Shown here in pieces: positions 13,642 to 25,195 of a stretch of 64,000 nucleotides of DNA; positions within the stretch are counted from its first letter, which is position 1, and each line of letters starts with the position of its first letter. This stretch comes from Cenococcum geophilum (taxonomy: Eukaryota). The stretch spans positions 4,588,001 through 4,652,000 of the forward strand of contig CP158635.1 of NCBI GenBank assembly GCA_050273025.1, read 5' to 3'. The position numbers were made by a program, and so were the translations under genes. Under the pieces are notes generated by a model. The model did no database searches. It was not told where the DNA came from and worked only from the letters and a program-made list of their open reading frames with translations.

Positions 13642-14773
13642 TAGGGGAAGAGACATTGTAAAGGCCAAGAGTAATTGAAGAGAGGAGTCGAAGTGGGGAT
13701 TTCAGGCCATAAGGAATTTAGAGGTTAGCTCGTAGCAGCTCGTTTACTCTGCATTCATAAATCGTGATGTAGGGAGGATCAACGTAGGGGCGCAGGGCCT
13801 ATCATAATTCATGGAAACCCAATAATGTACTCAGCATAACTTCGCATAAAAACTCAGTATCGATACCGAGAACTGTACAGACGCTCGGAAAACGGCAATC
13901 GGGGACCCTTGTAGCTATTGGTTGGATATTATGGCGCCATGGTTGGTGGATAGTTCGGTCGACGGGATCACGGCGCAGTTCCGGACAGCGTTTAAAAGCG
14001 CATTTACTCGCTAATCTAGAGAGCTGATTGGTTCTTAGGTGTTCTCTGGAGAAAGTTGATTAACAGCGGGGGGATGAGCGTTGGATGCGACTAGACGCAA
14101 ACCTCGACCTAAAGCTTACAAATCAAGATATAGGAGTTCTATAATTGGGTCTGCTGGACCTTAGGCTGCCATGGAATCTGTCGCTGAGCCCTACCCTGTC
14201 AGGGAATAGCTGAAATTTAGCTTTCGCCGATTCCAGGCGATTGATGTGACAGGAGTGCCAAAGCGGGGTTTTTCGCTCCTTTAACGTCTATTACTTCTTT
14301 CAGTGATATCCGAATCGCCTACTCGCGTATACATGCTGAACCTTAAATCCCTACCGGGGGATATGCCGGGATAGGTTCTGGGGTCTTGAGAGACTAGGTC
14401 GGTGGATGGGTACTTAATGTATTCAATTTTCTGATACATTAACTCCCGTAACTGGTTCATCGCTGATGGCCACCATAGCGAGCCATGACATATGTACTGC
14501 CGGGGTAATAGTATGTTACTTCAGTACCTTAACATCTATAACCGCTTCAATCCAGCTCAATGGGCAAGCCGTAGTATTTGAGATACATAGCCTGGGAAAC
14601 GCCCAGCGGAAAAGTTTTCCCGCCCAACAAAATCTTTCATTAATGCCCTATTTGCACCTTGTGCGAGTTCAACTGGAATGTTGCAGTTAGATGCAAAGGC
14701 AAATACAAAGTGTTTGCAATATTTAGGTTGAACTGGGATCGGGTATTTCTGCCTCTCATGCCTCCAGAGATAT

Positions 14774-14938
14774 GGAGGAACGCGCGACAAGCTATTTCCC
14801 CGTCCTTTTTGGGATTAGCGGTTTTCCCCCATAAAGACGCCGATGGCCCAAAATCTCGTTGCTTAGGCGATAGAGCCCCCGTAACTCTGGGGAGTAGTCC
14901 CAAAAAGGAAGGGGAAATCGCTTTTCGCGCAATCCTCC
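14774..14938. promoter_or_regulatory. 44-bp imperfect inverted repeat in the divergent intergenic region
   Basis: 14774-14817 GGAGGAACGCGCGACAAGCTATTTCCCCGTCCTTTTTGGGATTA pairs with 14895-14938 TAGTCCCAAAAAGGAAGGGGAAATCGCTTTTCGCGCAATCCTCC. A TATA-like TATAAAA lies at ~15050. Confidence 0.6.
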
Positions 14939-15147
14939 GCGTAGGTTCCGCCCTTCCGCCGCTAGCAACCTTACGAGCAGTCAGCCCCGCCCCTCAGGAG
15001 ACCTGCGGATGTTTATCTCACCATCCCGTCCCTATTGGCCTTCTTATCATATAAAACGCCGTTGTCGTGTTCCCACAATACGCCTTAGCTCTTAGGAGAT
15101 CTGATAATTCGCCTAAGAAATCCTCCGGTTTTGGATTCAAGACCATT

Positions 15148-16262
15148 ATGCCTGCCGCAACTCTACCCCTAGACTTCCAATCAATAGTAATTGTCAAGTT
15201 ATCTAATGATGAAAGAATATCCGAACAACTCACACTAGAAAATATGGGCATTGCCATCTCTGCATTTCACCGGGACGGCGTTGTCGTTCTGGAAAATGCT
15301 GTGGATCTTGAACATGTCGATAAGCTAAACGCGATACTTTCTGTGGATGCACTAGAAATGGCTAAACTTCCTACAACACATTTCAACGATGTAAGTGCAG
15401 TATTCCACTTTATATCTACATAGGCTCTCGGTATGCAGGACAAAGTAATTGCCTCTACTTACCCTGCTCCAAGTTTGGACCTGGCCCACCAACTGGAAAT
15501 ATGTCACAAGGTCCACCGCTCGAGCCTTCTCTCATGTACTCCGACATCTGGGCAAACGGCCCTGCAGTCTCCGTAATGTCCGCTATAATCGGCCCGAAAC
15601 CACGCGTTAACTACGTCAACGGCAACACGGCCCTAGGTGGCTTCATAGGGGCGCGCCAACCCGTGCATGCTGACATCACCTGGAACCACGCCAAGTCCCC
15701 ATTTGGCATTGTCACAAATTACTACCTGGTAGACGTCTCAGCTGCAAACGGCAGCACGGAGCTATGGCTTGGTAGCCACCGCGACACATCGTTTGCCGAT
15801 CACTGGAACTACAAGCCGGACGACCCCGACTTCAAAGTAAAAAAAGGCTTCATGTTTGGCATTCGGGACGAGAAGTTCGAACCCCGCCGCGAACAGGCAC
15901 CGCCAATCCAGCCAACTGTAAAGCGCGGGTCCGTAGTCATCCGCGACTTGCGCCTCTGGCATGCAGGCATCTCGAATCCCTCGCCGGATCCGCGGATCAT
16001 GCTTGCGTTCGTGCATACGCCGTGGTACTATGAGTGTCCCGGGAAGGTGGCGCTTCCAGAGGGAGCGAGAGGCCTGGTTGAGGAATGGGCATCCCGAGAG
16101 AACAATCCCGTGGTATATAACGCTCACTTCGTCCCTACGCAGTTGGATCACAAGGTTGTTCCGTTTACTCCGAACTTCAGCAGTCGGAATAAGGGGTTCC
16201 AGGCCATGCTACCAGACCTACCAAGAGGGTTTGTGTATGGAGAAGATGAGATGGCAGATTAA
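15148..16262 (+). CDS. Fe(II)/2-oxoglutarate dioxygenase, phytanoyl-CoA dioxygenase (PhyH) family, KanJ-like; 343 aa, 2 exons
   Basis: Exon 1 15148-15390 (FHRDGVVVLENAV), intron GTAAGT...AAG 15391-15473, exon 2 15474-16262. Motifs: HxD (RQPVHAD), NGSTELWLGSH, distal His (RDLRLWHAG) and the 2OG-binding Arg (PRIML). No RIP damage visible. Confidence 0.92.
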
Positions 16263-16567
16263 GAGATAAAGATGAATGCATAGTTTTCAGCAACCGTTTT
16301 TCAGGGTGTTACTGTTGGCTCGTTATTTAAATGTTTTGATATAATATCTATTTTATTGCTCGAGATTAGCGATTGCCTCCTGGGGCCATCCTATATTTCT
16401 TTCTATCCGCTTACTAAGAGGCTCATTAACGCCCTCCTCACATCTCCCAAACCTATTCAGGAGCCTCACGAAAGATTCAGCCTGATCTTTGTGACTGCTA
16501 TAAATAGTAGAGATACAAATTCTTAACTTATATCAGAGGCTTAGAGTCACCCTGATATAGTATTACT

Positions 16568-16974
16568 CTAGCGACGTAAAAATCTCCATCTATGCTCGCT
16601 CTTTTCACTTTCAAAAGCTGCTTCAGTACGAAGCCGCCGGTTTATCTCCTCATCGGCAAATTCTATTCGAACCAACATATCAGGCCTAGCAGCGGAAGGC
16701 CACTCATCGCCTAAAGTATAATAGGGAGAAGAATTGATGTAGATACGAACTTGCTGTGATGAAATAGCTAGTGAGTTCTTATCGATAACCTGGGTGCCCA
16801 TTTTAACGGGTTAAGGGATACCCACGTTTCCAGATTGAAGTTAGAAGGTCCTAGAATTTTGGTCAATACGTCACCCAAATCTACGCGAGGTAAAGTGTAT
16901 GAAATACGTACATTGTAGCGCCCATGAACTCTTAGACGCTTCGTTGTAGAATTCAAAAATGTAGGGAGCAGATA
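16568..16974 (-). pseudogene. 3' remnant of a spliced gene of unknown function, cut at its 5' side by the TIR element
   Basis: Exons 16974-16912, 16850-16826 and 16767-16568 join in frame through introns GTACGT..TTGAC..TAG (61 nt) and GTGGGT..CTCAC.TAG (58 nt): YLLPTFLNSTTKRLRVHGRYNDLLTSIWKPISSQQVRIYINSSPYYTLGDEWP...FLRR*. No start codon before the TIR at 16975. Confidence 0.5.
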
Positions 16975-17814
16975 TGTTATCTCATAAATCAGACGCTCCG
17001 CAGAAGATTTGTTCCGTGACACGGGATAACGCATAGACCCTCTAAAACGCCTGCAAACTCCTAAGCCAATTAGAATAGCGCCCTAACTCCTGCCAACTCC
17101 TGCTAACTCCTAGACCAATTAGAACAGCGCACTAATTTCAGCCCCCTACGCACCCCTATCACCCAATAAAATCCTCTATAAAGCGTCTAAGAGCTTATAG
17201 GCGTCGCTTTAGTAAAATTTAAATATTTTAGATCGCGTATTTTAACTTTAACTGGCTCTATAAAAGGCCCCACCAACAGTTATTAATGCTTTATTTAATA
17301 TATTTCAATCTTAAGGTAATAGTCTTTAATTCTATACATATAAAAGCTAATTATAACGCAGTTAAAGGTATAAGATACATTATGTAAAACCTTAACTATA
17401 TTTTAGATTTAAATATTTACAACACTTATAAACCGTTCCTCCTATTACCATCTACACCATAACCATATTACGTCTACTTTTATTATCGGCTAAGTCCTAT
17501 AACCTCCTTTGAACTCCTGCGAACTTCTACAATCTTCTAGGCCAATTAGATTGCTTATATATAGGACCCTAGGGCGTATCTAGCGTTACTCCTCTATATA
17601 TACCACCTATTACCAATTAGAGCACAGCCAATTCGTATTCTTTTTAACTCCTATAAACTCCCGCGAACTCCTACAAACTCCTATAAACTCCTAGGCCAAT
17701 CAGATGCCTAAACAAAATCGCGATTATAGGAAGAAATGGTATAAGGGTTAGCGGAAGACAAGGGCGGGCGAGACAGAGATTCGTCTGCGTCTAACACTAC
17801 AACTAGGTCGTATT

Positions 17815-20538
17815 ATAGCAATCAGCTTAATAGACCTAGAAGAATTACCATCTATTATTAAGGAAGCTCGGCGTAAGGAAAATATTCTATTATAGATAGC
17901 CGTTCTAAAAGCATATCTTAAGTAAATACTCTGGTATATAAACCTAGGAGGCCACCCTTAAACCCCTTATTTTAAATAGATACGCACCTTAAGACGTCTA
18001 ATATTTGGTTTTAGTAATATACTTCTTATTACACGCACGGGTTTTAGAAAAAGTTTTATTTTTTATACTTTTTTAATCTTAACGGGCAAGATTACTATTT
18101 AGATAGTCCTATTAAGTAAGCTTAGTAATAAATAGTTAGATAATATCCGGAAGCTTAATAGTTCTAATCCGTGTCTTATTACTACTAAAAGTAGGAGCCT
18201 AGATAAGGCCCTAATTAGAAAAGTAAAGGATGGTGTATATATATATATACTTCTTAGTCCTAAACAGGCCTCGTTAAAGTCTTTTTAGAATATATTAAAG
18301 AGCCCAGAACTATAGGCTAGGATTAGACTTATTATAATTAATAAGTATTATCTAGTAAAGTAATAGGAATCGTTCTAACCGACGTTTATAATATTAGGCG
18401 AGCTATAAACAATACTTTATTAGGATATAGTTTAGTTTAGTTATTCTATTATACTTAATAAGGAGGCAGAACAACTAGTTCTTAGTAACACCAGTTTTCG
18501 CTCTATAGGTAACTACATATACTAGACTAAGGTTATTAGGACTTTTATAGATCGCCCTAATATCTTAATCTGTGTACTGCCGCTTAGTAAAGGTAAGGTA
18601 GATTTATAGGACGCACTATACTTCCTATTAGACGCGTATATAGATTTAGATACCGCAGTCCCGGAGTAAATACTAAAGACGATTATCTTTATAGACGGTT
18701 GTTGGTCTATCTAGGAAGCAGCGGTATACTTCTAAAGAGCACTCCTTATAAAGACTTTAACCTTTATACCTAATAAATAGTATACTACCAATGCTAATAG
18801 TAAAGCTTATTGTGTTACTAATGTGGTCTAGGTATATACTGTATATATTTAAGAGTATAATCGTACTACTTAATATAAAGAGTTTAAGAAATCCTTATCG
18901 TCTATAAGGATTATGGTGGCAATAACCTTTTTTAGTATAGGTATTAATGTCCCAGATATTAAATAGGTAGCGCTTTAGAAGTTTCTAATTATAAAGAGTT
19001 TTATAGATTATTAGCAGCGTCTTAGTTATAGTAGACGGGGCTATAGTCGGACTAGTAAAGGTTATATATTTTTGCCGTATTAGGCCTTTAATATAGAAGG
19101 TGTTAATAGACCAGAAATTAAATAGTTATAGTTATAACTAGACGCACCTTAGAAGACTACTTATAGGCTATATCGGAATTAACTACTAGCTAATTAAGTA
19201 ATAGCATGTAATTAACTAGCCAACGGCTATACACCTAGCGACGTAAGTGACACGGAAAGTGTTTCCTCTTAGATATCAGCTTTAAGCCAGGCTCCTACTC
19301 CTATTAATAACGCTATAATAACTAGATTTTGGAGCAAGGTAGAGATATTTTATTGCGCTAGGCTATTAGCTATATAGATAGAAATAATTAACGGTATATG
19401 CCATTAAAAGGCCTTTCTAACTTACCTTAGTGAGGATTAGTTACTACTATAAGTTTAGGTTACCCACGTACCACCAGATTAATATTATAGTTATTATAAT
19501 CCAGCACTGCTTCTAACTCTTACTTAGGCTTTAGATATCCTATAACTAATTACTTAGCTAAGAAATAGTACGCGAGCTTACTTTACCCTAACTCTTATTA
19601 ATAAATGGGCAACTACGCGGGTAGAAGTATTATATAGCAGTATATATAGGCGCATCCCTATACCGCTATCTGCGTATATAGATATAATATACCGCTAGTA
19701 GCTTGCGTATACGTATAAACTAGGACTAGACTTTTAGGACACGCTAACCTTTAATTATCTCTATGCTAAAGCTCCTCTACTTTAGACGTGGCCTTATAGA
19801 GAGAAATCTGGGCAACTATTAGTAGAGCAACTTTAGTACTTTATTAGGGAGGTTAACGATTTATATACTAAGATAAAGAATATAAAATATGCAAGAAAGT
19901 AATAATAGTAGCTATAGGAGCTATAGGGCCAGTATAGTTAGGAATCTCGTACCAGTGCATTTAATTATACTGCAACTATTTGTAAAAGGGATAACACTCT
20001 TGCTACACAGGTTGTAAGATAAGAGGTATTAAGGGCTGTATAGTTGCGTATAATTAAGACGGCTAGAGTAAATAAGCGTACGTTATTAGATATAGCGAGA
20101 GTTAGTATACCGCCGTTAACCTTATAACTAGAAGAATAGGTTAACGGAGTTATTAGTACGCTAGTATTGCTATTACTAACCGTACCTGTCCTACCTAATA
20201 GTATACTAAAAGGTATTTAGCGTGCTATAAGATAGCTTAAATAAGCTTATACTTTAGGAGTAAATGTCGCTAGGTATAGCCCTAATAGCAGCTAGTTGAA
20301 TATCTAGTAGCTAGTTATTAATGTATTAGATATATAAAAAAGCGCTACTCCTAGTTAAAAAAGATAAAGGTAGAGGTGTGAAAATATAAAGCTAACAACC
20401 CTATTAATACATCAGTTGCCGTTAGTAGAGAGAGATTTAAATACTAATAAAATACTAACCTTTATACCTATTTTAAAGAGAGAGCGTGTAAGGCAAGCAA
20501 CTCTAAAGGGTTTAGAGAACTTTTATATTAATATATAG
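17815..20538 (+). pseudogene. RecQ-like superfamily 2 DExH helicase (~900 codons), RIP-inactivated
   Basis: De-RIP motifs: Walker A LLIARTGFGKS (~18022-18054), Ia QIVPLSKLGDEQ, SPEQ, II IDECHLVKQWESFRP (~18337-18380), III GCSATL, SIDRPNI, IV PKTIIFID, V RIMVATTxxGMGIDVPDI (~18907-18960), VI WQRLGRGGRG (~19012-19040). Followed by a RecQ Zn-like CxR...CCxxCNP (~19397-19503). Confidence 0.88.
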
Positions 20539-20699
20539 AATATATTTAATTGGTCTAGGAGTTTATAGGAGTTTATAGGAGTTTATAGGAGATAATACGT
20601 TATTTTTATTAGCCTAGGAGTTTATAGGAGTTTGTAGGAGATAGTATATTATTTAATTGGCCTAGGAGTTTATAGTAGTTTAAAGTAAATATAAATTAA

Positions 20700-22167
20700 A
20701 ATTCTAATTTTATTTAATAATATCTTTAACCACTTTAAAATTGTTCTTTATACTTATACCTATTAACCATCTCCCATTAAAGCTTTTAATAAAAAGCTTT
20801 TAAAATGTCTCCTCCTACTCTCTAGGTGCGTGCGTACCCCCCTAACGTCCTCTTTAATAAGAAGAGAATACTGCGGGCTACGGCCCTTTTTTGTTATTGC
20901 TAGCTTTGGTCTAGCAGAATCCGGGTTAAGACGTAGTTAGTATTAGAACTCTAACTATTAACTATAAGATATAACTAACTGGTTTTAATAGGCGCCCTCG
21001 CCTTTGCCGCTGCCCTCCCCTCCTAATAGCAGTAGTAGTAGTAGTAGCAGTAGCAGTAGCAACAGCAATAGTAATAGCAGCACCGCCGCCGCCGCCCGCC
21101 GCCGCCGCCGCTGACGACGATAACGACGACGATAATGATAAGAATAAATAGTTTGGCGGTAGAGAGTTAGAAAAGGAGCCGTAAGTATTAATAACTGCAT
21201 AGTATGTACTTAGCTTAAATATGTTTATAGACCACTACTACTATTACTATTACCGGCCCCGGCTCTGGCTTCTGCTCCTGCTCCTACCCTAGCTCTTGCT
21301 TCTACCCTAGCCTTTCCCCTATTACTGGCCCTCCTGCCATTAGCCCTTACTGCCGCTAGGTTTGCCCTCGCCTAGTACGCTAACCCTATCCGCCTGCTAT
21401 AGGCTTAGGCCCCCTACGGTAAGGCAACTGCTACATACGCCCCTACCGCCTAAGGCAAATAGTGGTTGTAGTTGGCGGTGGGGTTGGCGGCTATAGGGCC
21501 GAATAAGCGGAGAGACTAGGGCTATATCGGCCGGATAATGGAGACGGAGTTAGGGGTAGAGTTAGTGGGTAGTAAGCAATACACTACCTACCAAGCCTCG
21601 GGTGAGGAGTATTAGGTATACTCTAAAAAGGGTATATAGTAGGTGAGCAGGCCTAGGGACACCTGCGCTCACTGCTAAGTAGCGGCTTATTTTAGCGGGT
21701 GTAGCCTCTCAAAGCGGAAGCGTAAGGACCCTAAGGATCCCTTATCCCTACCTTCTAGGCTAAGGTCTTTAGCGGCATATAAGCCGTCTAGTAGTCCACT
21801 ACTAGGTCCTAGCGGTAGTGGTATTACGGTATAAGGGGGAGGGGGGGGGGGGGGGTTGGCGTTACTTTCTGGCACTCCGGTAAGCTAAAGTGGCGGCTTT
21901 TATAGTATATTTTTTGTAGGTAAGCTTTAATCCGGCTGCGTTGATCTAAGGGGTAAAACCTAGACAACGATACTGTCTAGTGCGGGCTAAATTGTAAGGC
22001 ATCCTTTATAAGTAAGCTTTAATCTAGCTGTGTTAATCTAAGGGGTAATTCTAAATAACGGTACTGTCTAGTATGGGCTTAACTGTAAGGTGTTATGGAA
22101 GCCCTAGAGTTGTCTAGTAGGTAGTATAGGTAGATAGTGGTTAAATATAGTTGCTAGGTTTTGTCAT
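20700..22167 (-). pseudogene. Third gene of the TIR element: unknown low-complexity protein (Pro-, Ala/Gly-, Arg-rich), probably spliced
   Basis: ATG at 22167. Long GC-rich frame whose stops are RIP-type (VPESNANPPPPPPPYTVIPLP...GSLRFRFERLHP...). Intron-like GTTAGT..CTAAC..CTAG at ~20980-20910. A ~80-bp duplication at 21921-21999/22012-22090. Confidence 0.45.
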
Positions 22168-22477
22168 TGCCTTATATATAAAAGTTTATATAAAAATTTA
22201 TATAAAAGGTCGTGTAAAAGGTTGTGTAAAAGGTTGTATAAAAGGTTGTGTATAGGTTTGTGTACAAGTTCGTATAGATTAGTTAGCCTAGTTAAATAGA
22301 AATATAGGCATCTAATTGGCCCAGGAGTTTGTAAGAGTTCATAGGAGTTTAAGGACTAGGTAAATTTAACCTAAGGAAGTTATTGCGGGTATGCTGGTTT
22401 AGAGCATTAATAAATATAGGCATTTAATTGGTCTAGGAGTTTGTAGGAGTTTGTAGGAGTTTATAGGAGTTTAGGGA

Positions 22478-25195
22478 TTAGTCAGCTACTCTAATTCCTG
22501 TAAGATTGATTGTGTTAATTATTATAAGGTTAATTATTAGATTAATAACCCTATCTAACCCCTCCCCAACCTAGTTAGTATAATCTTCTATATTAGTAAA
22601 TCTATTAAGATTATCTGGGGTATTAGAAGGGTACGACCCCCTAAGCGTACCTAATTGTTAGATATGCTGCTAGTTAAACTAATTGACTTTATCTGCTAGT
22701 ACCTTAATGCCTTCTTATAAGATGTTATAAGAATTAAAAAACTTCCTATTAGCTAATTATTTAGCACTCCGCGGTTTAGCCAGATTTAAAGTAAAGAGGG
22801 TATAAGTGAGTAAAAATATATCCGGTAGTATAGTAGTAGTAGTATAAGTCCCGGGCATATACTCGCTAAATATAGCCTCTACTTTTTTATGTAACGCTCT
22901 AACCTAAGTATTAGATAGACATACTCGGTTAAATATAATATTTATATTATAGGTTAAGTTCTTATAACACTTTATTTTAATCTTATAGCTACTGTTAAGA
23001 TACTTAAGCCTAAGGTTAATTGCTTTATATATAGTAACCCTACTAGGCTAGTTAATAAGCCTAGAGGATAGTATTATATGCTATAATTTAGAAGTATTTA
23101 CTAAGGAAAGATTTTATTAATAGAATAATATCTCGCGGCTATAGTTAAGCTGGGACGCGCTAAAAAAGTAGACAATAAGAGGGTTAATAAAGTGCCTTAG
23201 TATGCTTATATTAGTATGTTTAATAGTATACTAAATAGTTAGAAATAGCTTAACCTCCTAAAGTATATAATATATTGTCCGGAATTTAATATTGTTATAC
23301 GGTTGCTTATTAGAGCTATTACTATTCTATATATCTAATATAAAGGCGGCTAGACGGACGTCTTTAATAAGTTCTAAAAATTAATCTAGTATAAGAGAAC
23401 AAATAGCGTCGGTAACGTGGTCTATTTGCTTAAAGAAGTCTCTGCTAGAGGTAATAAGGTAGCCCTTATATCGCATTACTGCATAGAATAATATAACTAT
23501 ATATGCTGTAAAGCCCTACGTAATAATTGGTTCTATTAGGTAATATTTAGCGTTCTCCCGACTATACTAACTGCGACCCTATATAGTAGTATTAGCTTGT
23601 AAGTAATGATAAGCCTCCTCTTTAGAAATAATAGGTGCCTAATGCGTACGGATAATAGTATTTAGTAAGTTTATCTGGATATGGAATTACGTAGGTATAC
23701 TAAAAAGCCAATCCCGTTAATTATATAGTTGGCAAGCCTAGGTTTACTTGTTTTTAATAGCCCTAATACGGATTGCTATAAGTTAGTCTTTATAGACTAA
23801 GCTAGTCTAGAAATATACTTTTATAGACGCTATATATACCTTTAATAGTACCCTTATCCTTAAATATAGCGCCAAATTGCTAGAACGTAGTCTTATTTAT
23901 AGGAAGGCAATATATACTTAGCATTTTAGGATAGCGATCACTATCTCTAAATATAGTATTAACGCCATCTATATAAATTCTCTTAAGTGCATCTAATATA
24001 AGGCTTCGTGTAATATTTACCCTAATCCTATTATCTTTACTAGATATACCAGGTGCATTTAGTATATCTTTAAGCCTAAGTAGTATTGTTGGATTGTGTA
24101 TGCCTTAACGTAAACCTAAAGGTAGTAGCTTAGGGCAAAGAATAATAGCCGCCGTTGTTATTGCCTGTATTGTAGCCATATGGCCTATAACCTTGTCACG
24201 TTTCTTGTCCTTAAAATTAATGTTGTTATAGATAATTACTGCCTACTTACTAAACGCTTAACGCTAGAGCTATCTCTAAGGAAGTTAGCTAATTAGCCTA
24301 GGAGTTTATAGGAGTTTATAGGAGTTGGGTACTGTATCTCTACCTCCTTAGCGACTTTAACTATTAACCGATTAGCCTAATAATAACTATAATATATTCT
24401 AAGCCCTAATAGAGTCTTAATTACTCGCCGCTTTATATTAAAGCCTATTAAATAGATATTTAGTATTAAAGAGAGGAAGCTAGATTGCTTTTTGGCCCGA
24501 GAATAATATACTATACTAGTAATAGTAAATAATCGCCTAGATAACGTATTAGACTAAGATATAGCGTTATAACTAGCTTAGTGGGCGCGCTAATTGCTTA
24601 TAAGTTTTAAAAGAATAGTATACTATATTAGAGTAACCTCTTAGATAATTCTAAAGGCTAGCTTAAAGTCTAGTATCTCTAGGTCTGTAGTATAATTAAA
24701 TTAACTAAAGTAGGGCTAATGGATAAGATTATTAAGCTCTATAGCAAAAGAATCTACTAAAGAAGGACGCTGGTAGATAACCCTTATATATAGATCGTCT
24801 ATAGCACGCATTAGTACACGCTATCGCTATTATAGTTGGGCATATTAGAGGTACTAAATTATAACTACTTTACCCTTTTCTGCCCCAGCCTAAGCAAGTA
24901 TAAAGGTTTAAAAACTCCATTAAACGCGGCGGAGTGTATTAGCCACCTATTATAGCTTAAATTGCGTAAACTACCGTTCCTTAGAGCTTATATTATATTA
25001 ACCGCGAGTAAAAAAAGGTTTATTAAAGGAAGGCTGAAGAGCCTTAATAGCGTCGCTATTAAGCTTATTATTAAGGTAGTCCATATTGCTGTTAGAATAT
25101 TCATCTGGGTGTCTATTAGGGTATCCATTAGGAGGCAGAAGAGGGCTAAAAAGGGCGCTAGATAAAGGACTTTGCGAATTATCAGATAGGGGCAT
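22478..25195 (-). pseudogene. Academ-type (DUF6589-like) DDE transposase, RIP-inactivated, at least one intron
   Basis: De-RIP motifs GxGVKRRVIETLSGLGICHSY (~24445-24383), IIYDNINF (~24238-24215), LVYGDQLTAIRIR...WLFGVPAWFHIQMNLL (~23800-23665) and LINWxGRxxxYKAIDLGLEHLN (~23060-22995). Probable intron at ~24340-24270. Confidence 0.82.

Noticed and set aside
14466..15257. Overlapping short ORFs with shared PKKxGEIA peptides
   Set aside because: Produced by the intergenic inverted repeat or antisense to the dioxygenase; no coding features.
15391..15473. Possible 7-nt microexon (GCTCTCG) within the dioxygenase intron
   Set aside because: Needs a 33-nt intron and breaks the frame; a single 83-nt intron keeps the frame.
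15762..16269. Alternative-frame and antisense ORFs in the dioxygenase
   Set aside because: Shadows of a GC-rich coding exon.
16768..17034. 88-aa ORF starting at 17034
   Set aside because: Its start lies inside the transposon end and it reads through predicted introns.
17053..17704. CRISPR-like repeats
   Set aside because: Eukaryotic context, irregular spacing, no cas genes; these are transposon subterminal repeats.
17815..20538. Telomere-linked RecQ helicase or Helitron helicase
   Set aside because: No telomeric repeats, and the motifs are SF2 rather than Pif1/Rep. The gene lies within TIRs opposite a transposase.
20985..21200. Poly-Arg/Ala/Leu 71-aa ORF as a standalone membrane peptide
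   Set aside because: Trinucleotide low-complexity tract inside the putative third gene; the true frame cannot be determined.
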